The notes under the pieces are model-generated. The model did no database searches and was not told the origin of the DNA. It saw only the letters and a program-made list of their open reading frames with translations. Below, piece after piece: positions 54,301 to 64,000 of a DNA stretch of 64,000 nt. Each line of letters starts with the position of its first letter. The stretch's first letter is position 1. The stretch covers positions 51,460,001 through 51,524,000 of the forward strand of contig OX597821.1 in the NCBI GenBank assembly GCA_951406725.2, written 5' to 3'. Source of the stretch: Octopus vulgaris. Lineage: Eukaryota. The position numbers and the translations under genes were made by a program.

Positions 54301-54562
54301 TTACAACACATTCGAGAGAGAGAAAGAGGAGAGAAAGAAAGAAAAAGAAATTTAGTTGATGTTATATTAAACGTAGTAGTGTTGATGGTAGCAGTGGGAG
54401 TAATAATAAAAGAGTGAGAAAGAGTGGCTGTGTGAGAGAAAGAGGGAGATAATGCACAAATCTGTGTAAACATTCCCTTCGGCAGAAATTCTGGTCGCCA
54501 ACATACGGAACACTATCATTTTTGTTTTCTTTTAATACATATTTAAACACACACACACACAC

Positions 54563-54624
<62 letters not shown>

Positions 54625-54721
54625 CAATTTAATTGAAATAAAGATTCCCCAAAATTGAACAAAATAATTGTATATGTCTGTGTATCACACTTTTTCAACT
54701 TTAATAAAACCTGTCTTCTGG

Positions 54722-54900
54722 AAGCACAAGGCCTCAAATTCTAGGGAAGGGATTAAGTCGAGTACATCGACCCCAGTACGTAACTGGTACTAATTTTATC
54801 AAACCCCTCGTTGGAATTCGAACTCAAAACATAAGAGCAAGTGAAATACCACGAAGCATTTCACCCGGCGTGCTAACGATTCTGCCAGCACGCAACCTTA
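54722..54900 (-). mobile_element. tRNA-derived SINE, family B
   Basis: Reverse complement: AAGGTTGCGTGCTGGCAGAATCGTTAGCACGCCGGGTGAAATGC..GATAAAATTAGTACCAGTTACGTACTGGGGTCGAT. Confidence 0.85.
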
Positions 54901-55262
54901 ATATAGTATAATAAATATGAATGTCAGTGTATCACACATTTTTTAACTCTACACCTAGAAACTGTAGCGCAACATGTCATATCATTTTCTAATCAGGCTG
55001 ACTCCGTGAGTGAATTAAAAACATTCCGGGCCGAATTCGGACGCAATCCAGAAATTCTGGATTCTCAATTCTTCATTGCTGTGAATGTTTTCGGCGATTT
55101 TTTACATGATTTGTTTTACGACGGATAAGATCATCATTGGGATGTGACTGTGGCGGAAGTAAATCAGAGCTCTGATTGCAGATATTCCCATTCAGGGTCA
55201 GTTGGTTAAAAGCTATATACCAGCTTAAGCTAGTATTATATATACGTATGCATGCAGGTATC

Positions 55263-55310
<48 letters not shown>

Positions 55311-55370
55311 ATATGTACACATTTATATATGTATGTATATGTGTGTGTGTGCGTGTGTGTGTATGTATAT

Positions 55371-55450
<80 letters not shown>

Positions 55451-55778
55451 TCATATATATCAGAGGATAATTTTATAATTTCATTAAACCGAAAGGCAAT
55501 TTCGTTAAACCGAAGACCAAAAGTAAAATAGGACTGCAGCTAAAAGTGCTCAGGTGACACCGAGGCGAAAGGGGAAATAAATTGAACGGTATAATGAATA
55601 AACTTTCCAAAATCTTATATTCGTTTATATGTGTATATTTCATACTATTGGGTTTTACCATTGGGTGCCCTATAATTTTAATATATATTTATATTCGATA
55701 TTTGATAATTTGATAATGACATAAAGTTGTTTTGACCGATTGGAGTGTTTATTCATTATACCATTCAACTATATATTC

Positions 55779-55824
<46 letters not shown>

Positions 55825-56133
55825 AGAGAGAGAGAGAAAAAATATAAATAAGTAACAAAGGTGTAGAGGTTTCAATTCATTACTGCAGTTTCAACCTGCT
55901 TAGCTCCAGGTCACCACTAAACAACTGAAATATTATCAAAGGCTTTCTAGCAATGATAATCTTGCTTGACGATATTCATTAGCAAGCATATTCCACTTTT
56001 TTTAAATGTGATAAATTGTAATTTGAGAGAGTTCATGACTGATAATTCACGTACGCTGTTCAACGAAAATTTTTTTATTATTATCTTCAATTATTCCTCA
56101 GTTTAGAAATGCAGTTATTATTCTAATTTATTG

Positions 56134-56348
56134 GTTTCAAATGGTGGCACAAAGTCGGCACTTTCGGAGTAATTTTGGAGTCAATAACATTAAGTCAATT
56201 ACACAAGTGTTCAATTAGTACTTATTTTATCAACCCCGAAGTGGTGAAAAGCACAGTCGATCACTGTAGAATTTGAACTTAGAGCGTGAAGACTAAAGAC
56301 TTGGAGCATTTTGCCTGGTGGGCTAAGGATACTACCGGTTCGCAGCCT
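56134..56348 (-). mobile_element. tRNA-derived SINE, family B, diverged
   Basis: Reverse complement contains AAGTTCAAATTC and TTTCACCACTTCGGGGTTGATAAAATAAGTAC. Confidence 0.7.
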
Positions 56349-56760
56349 ACTACTGTAATATATTAGTAGACAACGAGTTTATAATATATCTTAGTAACGT
56401 GATTAGATATCCTGGTCTATTATGCACTTTAGTTATTTCTACTCTCTGCTACACGTAGTGTAGTCACATGTCAGTGGAAACTGAATTATGATATCTTTAT
56501 TAATTGAGTGACTGTTACTTATATATAAAATTCTTTGTAACTCAGTCTGTTCCCAATGCATTCTCAAACGGCTCAATCATATCAAATCAAATTTTATATG
56601 GTAGTACTATGAGACTCCCCGAGTGTCAACATAGGATTTTTTTTTTTGGATTGAAACAATGTAACATTGGCACTGGTGCTGTATTACGTCTCAAAACTCG
56701 AAGAATAAAAGTGAAACTTTCGACGGAGTAAGTTATAATTAGTTTCACTTTTAATAGTTT

Positions 56761-56814
<54 letters not shown>

Positions 56815-58178
56815 GTGTGTGTGTGTGTCTGTCTGTCTATATATATATATACATATATATGCATGTGTATATATATATGTATATATATATGTGTGTATTT
56901 ATATATGTATGTTATATATATATTTATGTACATATATATGTATATATATATATGTATGTATAAATATGTGTGTGTGTCTATTCATATATATGTATATATA
57001 TATATGTATGTATACATATGTATATACATATAGATGCATACATGCGACTTCATGATATCGTGTGTAATTTACTTATGAAATACTTACGGTCGACACTGTC
57101 CCTAAACGTCCTTATTTCGGACTGCAGTTTCAAATGTCTCTTTCCATGATTTTAAAAACTGACGGCTTGTGATCTGAGGAAAATACATTACTGTTTTGAA
57201 GAGGATGCGTCACCACTTACATGCTTTGTAGTCGGCACCAATTAACCATTTATAAATACACAATAATTATAAAGAAAGTCCTATTTTAAAGTCTGTTTCC
57301 AAGATTAGTACTAATATTTTGGTTACCTTGAATGTGAAACGATTTCAAATCTTATATTTAGACATTTCGCATTAATCATATTGCTAATGCCAAAGCATAT
57401 ACTTAAAGAATACGCTTTATTTTCGCGTTTTCCAGCGTTTATACAAATCTGAAAGCTTAATGCCCGTGTACATAATCGATACTTTACTTGTGAGTTAAAT
57501 TGCGTCTGGTTTTGCGAAATTAACCGTGAAACCCGTTCACAATGCTTTCAATTTCCAATTTGTATGGTTTTGTTTGCAGTCATAAGTTTTCCCATCTGTT
57601 TTCAATTGAAATCGAGGCTAGGTGGAGTATAATAAATCATACATATTAAAAAATGCAGCTAATTGAGTGTGTTAGAGGTGATCGGTACACACTATAAGAA
57701 TACATATATGACTTCACTTATAACACCTTGATAGTAATTCTTGTTGTTGAGATACATCGCTCTTATTACAACTATACACACACACACACACATACATACA
57801 CACATACATACATACATGCATACATACATACATACATACATAGGTACGTACGTACGTGTGTGTGTATGTATGTATGTATGTATGTATGTATGTATGTATG
57901 TATGTATGTATGTATGTATGAGGATGTGTTTCTTTCTCATAATAGAATCTATAGATATGCTTATACCTGTATATGCATCTATGCATAAACAAATACCCAC
58001 ATGTAAATAGGTGTAATTTTGCAAACAAGTTTTCATTTAAAAATACAGTATGATCAGAGACAACTCAAAGTGCATACAGTAGTAAAGAGCACTATATACA
58101 AATACACATGCATACACAAGCATATATACACACATATTCAGATACATACAACCATGCATGCACAGATATATATGTATG

Positions 58179-58267
<89 letters not shown>

Positions 58268-58634
58268 ACACATGCAAACACATACATGTGTACATACACA
58301 CTTATGCGTATTAACAAATTCTCTCAGAACTGTCGCTGATATTTAGTCTTAGACTTCGTTAATCATTCAAATAACAATTACATTTGTTCACAGTTTTCTC
58401 TGACTGTACTCATTCATTGTATAATATTAGGAATAATTTTTAAAAATCATTAACAACAGGAGGACAAATACCACGGGATTGTAGACAGAATAATGATAGA
58501 GATAGGGTGGGGATAGTAGACAGGCAGAAAGAGAAAGCGAAGTATACATACACACTCATATAAATACGTAAATGTCGAACGGTGGAAATGAGTGCTCAAC
58601 ACAGCATAGGTAGATATAATTTCTAGAGGAATGA

Positions 58635-58687
<53 letters not shown>

Positions 58688-58771
58688 ATGGTACACATAT
58701 CTGGGAGGCCGCTTAAACAATCATTATGAAAAACAGTAAGCACAGGGGATTAGAATCTTTTATTGTTTATT

Positions 58772-59147
58772 CTTTACTTGTTTCAGTCATTGGACTGTGA
58801 CCATGCTGGGACACCGCCTTGAATGGTTTAGTCAAACAAATACACCCTAGTAACATTTTATGGGTTTCTAACGCCGAACCGCTAAGTTACGGTGACGTAC
58901 AGAAAGCAATACCAGTTGTTGATAGGTGGTGAAGAAGAACAAACATAACACGAACATAAATGCGCCTGCGCACACACACACACGCATGCACACACACACA
59001 CGCAAATGCACGCACACGCATACGGAACTGACTTCCACAGTTTCTGTCTACCAAATTTCCTCACATAGTAGAAGACACTTTTCCAAAGTACCACACAGTG
59101 GCACTGAACTTAAGATCACATGGTTGGGTGGCAGGTTTCTTTACCAC
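58772..59147 (-). mobile_element. Family A SINE, near full length
   Basis: Head GTGGTAAGAAA..GTTCAGTGCCACTGTGTGG, internal (TG)n, tail GGCGGTGTCCCAGCATGGTCACAGTCCAATGACTGAAACAAGTAAAG. Confidence 0.85.
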
Positions 59148-61347
59148 GTTTCTGTGATATCAACAAATTCTTATTTTTCTCTGTTGAGTTACATTTAACA
59201 GCGTTTAGTTCCACATTGGTTATACATTGATCCAAATTTCAATAAAACAGATCAATTTTAGTTTTATATAACGGTATAGGGTTAAACACGCCGAACAGCA
59301 GCTATGCATTCTAAAGTCTTAAATTACTAAAAGATACAATATTCACACGGTGTGGTGTGAGAAAAAGCAAAGCTCAACTGTTCCCCTGTTAATAATCTCT
59401 TTAGGTTATTTCTGAAGTAGTTATCTTGTAAAAGCGCCAGAATCCGCTAACAATTTCGCAAGTGTGCGTAAAATATTTTAATGAAGAACATCGATAATTG
59501 TTTAGGCTGCTAATATAACATCTTTACAACAGATATCTGAAACATCTCCTCTAATTTACCTAGAAGTAGATAGTTATAACTTGTAGTAAGTTTGAAAAGA
59601 GACAATCGTAGACATATCATATGTCTTATCTAAATGATAGGTATCTGAAACCGAATGGTTAATATAGACCATTAAAGAAGCATTTAAGCAAATGTCATTT
59701 GCGACAGGTACAATAAAATTACAATGATGGTTGTTGCTTTATTTTAGGATACAAGAATATTTCTTGAATTTTTTCTTGAATAATTGTGTATTCGCTTTCT
59801 ATTCTACAGTATAACGACGAAATACGTCAGACCTGAGGAAGGATATTTATTGAAATTTTCTCGAGATTCGAAGATAGATAGTCGGTATAATTGTAGTATT
59901 GGTATCAATTCTAAACTTGGAATAAACAGAAATAAACACAGTGCCATAATCTAGTATTCTACTTGAATCAGGTGACAAGTATTTTAATGTCGATTTAGCT
60001 ATACATCTTATATCATGTTGATTCGGTTAAGCTTTCCTCAACTCAATATTTTACACCTCGGAAAGCATTATTTCTTTCGTAAGAAAACTATTTTCTTCAT
60101 TAGTTTCTTAATTTGGTACGTGATCAAGGATTTATTGGATACATAATTAGATTTTACGGTGTTTATGCTACTTTCATGAAAATTGATACCGCTAATAAGC
60201 TTCAGTTGAAAATTGAAACGGGTCCAAGGCAAAAGTTTACTGAAGTTACTGGGTGACTGTGACTTTCTTTTATACTGTATTTCGTTGTTGTGCATAAGAA
60301 TGATGCCATTGCATCTTTCCTCATGTCTGAGAACTATTGAAAGGACGTTTTACTGTCAGTTCAGGACTTCATCCAAAGTTGCGTTACCAGAGTCAACGAC
60401 TCTAAAGTAACCAAAGGCTGGGTTAGAACTGTGAATCTAATAGAAAACATATTTGCACCGAAGAAAGCCAAAGGGAAAAAAAATTTTCAAAAAATTTAGA
60501 TATAAATTGATGGGAAATCCTGGACCTGCAAAAATACGCCCAACATTTTCGACATTCCCATGGAGCTAATGACTCCACCCAAGTTACGGGTCGTGTAAGA
60601 CTTTACCTACTTAGCGGTCTCCATACACAACTTAATGTATAAAGGATATAGCTATAGACTGCTAATAGTTTCATACATTGAAGATACTATCTGACCAGAA
60701 ATCAAAACAGGCCTGGTGTCTCTAGGTCATCCTCTAACCCAAGGCAACATGTTCCTACATGTCTTCGTTTTTTGACGAAGACAGGTGTAGGAACAACAAG
60801 CATGTGTATTATTTATATGTATACATGTATGTGTGTATACCTTGTGTGTGTATATATATATAACTGTATATATATATATATATAATTAAGGGTTTAGCAA
60901 GATCCTGCTTCACCACATACCGAAAATTTAGAAATAGCAGCCAAAGACAGCTAATTCCTTTCACTACAGATATGACTCCACAGACAACATTATTTGTTTG
61001 TAACACACATAGGCAAAAAGAAGAAAAAATAACGAAATCAAACAGTCTTCGATTAATTATGGACGCGTTTCTGGATTAGAATTATAAAAATTCATTTCCT
61101 TTATGAACATAATATTTTGAGAATTATAAATTTGAAAATGCTAGAAAACCTACCCTTTGCATCTTCGACCAAGCGTCATCGAAACATAACACAAGGTAGT
61201 CAGCACATCCAAATTTATATAGATGAGTGAATTCATATTTTCCCTCCAAGATTAGCATGTGCGTCGCAAGATAGTACCGCAAAAAGAAAACCGCAGTTTT
61301 TCATCAGAATTACTAATTCTTTACCCTTTATCTGGAATGATTATTAC

Positions 61348-61418
<71 letters not shown>

Positions 61419-61859
61419 TGTGTTTGTGTTTATGTGCGTGCGTGTGTGTTTTATAGAGCATGAATTATAACCGAGGCTACTCCACGTGATCGATTATATT
61501 TCAAAGGATCCAATTGTCTAGAGGAAAGACGTAAATAATTTGTTTATTTCATTCATTCCTCACTTTCTATTCTCTTAGAGGATTGTTTTTTCGATGGCTG
61601 GGCTAGTGAGTCATTGTATACTTCTTGCAGGGATGTAAACTTCGTGGTGTTAAATTCTGTCTGATGACTAGCTAAGCTGAGTAGAGTTCGTTGCTTAAGA
61701 GTTACATAATGAACTTAAGACACATCATATATAGTCTATATTCTACCTATTTTGGATTTTTAGCAACGTTAGTAGTAAATTGTTAGTCGTATTGAAACAG
61801 TCAGCTTATTGAAATTTCTCGTAACTTTGTTATAGGAAATGTGTGTAAATTACGATCTT

Positions 61860-64000
61860 AATACTTTGATACTTTGATACTTTGATAGGTTTCGGCCATT
61901 ATTGGCCCAGGCCATGTCTAACTTAATAGCACCACCTGGTGAAGTCTTTCAAGTCAGAATTTGGGCACTATGGCCCACTCAAGTAGAGAGTTATTGTTTA
62001 CAGAGACATATCCGGGTGTAGGGGGTTTATCCGGGATTTCTTGAAGGAATCTGTCCAAAGACGTCTTGAACCCTATAGGGTCAGTTTCTGTTTTAATGTG
62101 TTTTGGTGTAATGTTAAAGAGAACGGGGCCAATTGAGGTGAAATAATTGTGCCGTATTGTTGTTATGAGATGAGAGTGCGATTTTTGTTTTGGGCGGATG
62201 GCACGGGGCCCAAGCCTTGGATGTACCTTAAAGGTGATGCCAACATCATTTGGGCAATGCTGATGGAATATTTTCCACATCATGCAGATGATGTAGCGCT
62301 CACGACGACGTTGGAGAGAATAGAGTTTTAGCTTTTCTAGTCGACCCCAATAGTCGAGGCCTGTCATGCCATCTATCTTTTTTGTGATTGCCCTTTGAGG
62401 TGCTTCAACTTTTATGATACCTTGTATTGTGTGGGGAGACCACAGTGGACAACAGTATTCAAGGTGGGGTCGGGCAAAAATGGAGAAGAGAAGGATAATG
62501 GTGTGGATATCTCTCGACTGGAAAGTTCTGAGAATCCAGGAACACATTCTGCGGGCCATGTCAACTTTGGTGTTTATATGAGTGGCCCAGCTTATGTTGT
62601 TGTCCACAATTACTCCCAAGTCTCTGATGTTGTTGGACGCCGCGAGAGTTTCACCTGAAGGAAGGGAGTATGGGAGTTTCAGGGCATCTTCTTTTCCAAA
62701 GTGGATTAGCTCAAATTTATCCTCGTTCAGCAGCATATTGTTTTTTTCTGCCCATTGGATAACAGCCAGTAGATCTGACTGAAGGCATGTCCGGTCACTC
62801 GCCTCATTTATGACCTTCTGTAGCTTGGAGTCATCTGCAAAGATTTTTATGTTGCTGTGCTTGATGATGTCATTAATGTCATTAATGTAAATGATGAAAA
62901 GAAGTGGGCCCAGCACAGTGCCTTGCGGAACGCCACTACTGACTTTGGCTGGGCTTGATTTTACCCCTTCAACTACAACATGTTGAGATCTGTCTGTCAG
63001 GAAACACTTGATCCATTTCAGTAACTTTCCAGAGACACCAATGTTGGATAGTTTTTTCAATAGGATCTTGTGATCGACCCTGTCGAAGGCCTTACTGAAA
63101 TCAAGGTAGATGACATCGGTGTTGGAGCCCTCTCCCAAAGCTCTCAAAATGTCCTCAAAGTGATGCAGGAGCTGCGTTAGGCAGTCCCTTCCATTACGGA
63201 ACCCATGTTGGTTGGAGATCAGCCGTCTGTTGCTTTCCAGAAATTGGGTTATTCGAGATCTCACCACCCTCTCAAATACCTTGATGATATGAGAGGTGAG
63301 TGAGATCGGACGGTAATTCACTGCAAGGGACTTGTTTCCCTTTTTGAAAACTGGGACAACAGACTGGGACAGAAGGTTTTTTGGAATATAGCCAGCATCC
63401 AGTGAGTTTCTCCACAGATTAGCAAGGGGAGATGCAAGTTGGTGTCGACACACCTTCAGGACACAAGCAGGGAACCTATCAGGGCCTACTGCTGAATTGT
63501 GTTTTATTTCGTTTATCGCCGCTAAGACATCAGGGGCACTAAACGTTATGTCCGATATAGTGTGTTTGGGGTTGACATCACTGATACAGCCCAGATCGGC
63601 CATATCAGGATTGCTGAAAACAGAGCAGTATTGTTTCTGCAGTATCTCGGCCATGGATTTGGCATTATCTTGGAGAGTGCCAGTTTCGTCAATTAGAGGG
63701 CCTACAATGGAGACAGTGACCCTGCGTTTCCTCGCAAATGAAAAGAACACTTTGGGGTTGAGTTTGATTTTTTCAATGGCCCACTTCTCCTCAGCTGATC
63801 ATTGGTTATTGATGAGGGTCTTCATGCATTGTTGGAGGTTATATTTTTTGAATTCAAGCAGTGCGATAGCCGTCAAATGTGTGTGTTGCTGTTGGCAGTA
63901 CTTTAGTTTGTTAATTTTTTTGTTTGTTCTTTTTATTTTTCTGATAATGGTTTTTCTGTTTTGGGGGATTCTGCACTTTTTGTTCACAGGTCTTGGTGGG
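61860..64000 (-). mobile_element. Young CR1/L2-group LINE, 3' part (runs off the window end)
   Basis: Reverse transcriptase ORF, short 3' UTR with GGCC-aataat-GGCC stem-loop, and an 8-mer tandem tail (GTATCAAA)n at 61860-61887. Confidence 0.95.
61954..63798 (-). CDS. LINE ORF2 reverse transcriptase domain and C-terminus (in-frame TGA at 63799-63801 separates it from upstream ORF2)
   Basis: Motifs GPD, PVFKKG, NYRPISLTS, QHGFR, YLDFSKAFDRV, SGVPQGTVLGPLLF, FADD, RDLGV, RPHLEYC..WSP; over 600 codons open. Confidence 0.9.
   Translation of the reverse strand, partial: SAEEKWAIEKIKLNPKVFFSFARKRRVTVSIVGPLIDETGTLQDNAKSMAEILQKQYCSVFSNPDMADLGCISDVNPKHTISDITFSAPDVLAAINEIKHNSAVGPDRFPACVLKVCRHQLASPLANLWRNSLDAGYIPKNLLSQSVVPVFKKGNKSLAVNYRPISLTSHIIKVFERVVRSRITQFLESNRRLISNQHGFRNGRDCLTQLLHHFEDILRALGEGSNTDVIYLDFSKAFDRVDHKILLKKLSNIGVSGKLLKWIKCFLTDRSQHVVVEGVKSSPAKVSSGVPQGTVLGPLLFIIYINDINDIIKHSNIKIFADDSKLQKVINEASDRTCLQSDLLAVIQWAEKNNMLLNEDKFELIHFGKEDALKLPYSLPSGETLAASNNIRDLGVIVDNNISWATHINTKVDMARRMCSWILRTFQSRDIHTIILLFSIFARPHLEYCCPLWSPHTIQGIIKVEAPQRAITKKIDGMTGLDYWGRLEKLKLYSLQRRRERYIICMMWKIFHQHCPNDVGITFKVHPRLGPRAIRPKQKSHSHLITTIRHNYFTSIGPVLFNITPKHIKTETDPIGFKTSLDRFLQEIPDKPPTPGYVSVNNNSLLEWAIVPKF

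Noticed and set aside
59830-59860. AGAC-CTGAGGA hammerhead-like start
   Set aside because: No downstream GAAA with stem III, cleavage site and matching stem I found.

Overview
AT-rich, microsatellite-saturated eukaryotic DNA, intergenic or intronic. The two dominant tRNA-derived SINE families and the 5S rRNA copy match what I recall of octopus (coleoid cephalopod) repeats; this is an inference, not a database match. I see no credible host protein-coding exon: nearly all ORFs in the supplied track are translations of (TA)n, (CA)n, (GATA)n or (AAT)n arrays. Recognisable elements: a TIR-bounded Tc1 element (16397-18037), a TIR-bounded DD34D mariner (50559-51816), two mariner fragments, a young CR1/L2-type LINE (61860 to the window end), older CR1-, Tx1- and RTE-like LINE fragments, Penelope-like (PLE) RT and GIY-YIG fragments, about 20 SINE copies, a 5S pseudogene, and a fold-back element carrying telomeric repeats. 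The main signal the ORF track misses is a dense set of type I hammerhead ribozyme (HHR) motifs, about a dozen or more. Several have intact catalytic cores (27391-27495, 42354-42473, 35260-35357, 24244-24319). One locus (13126-13290) has two HHR-like units in opposite polarity forming a single long hairpin. Each SINE family also shares its 3' tail with a LINE present in this window. All folds were paired by eye and no activity was tested.
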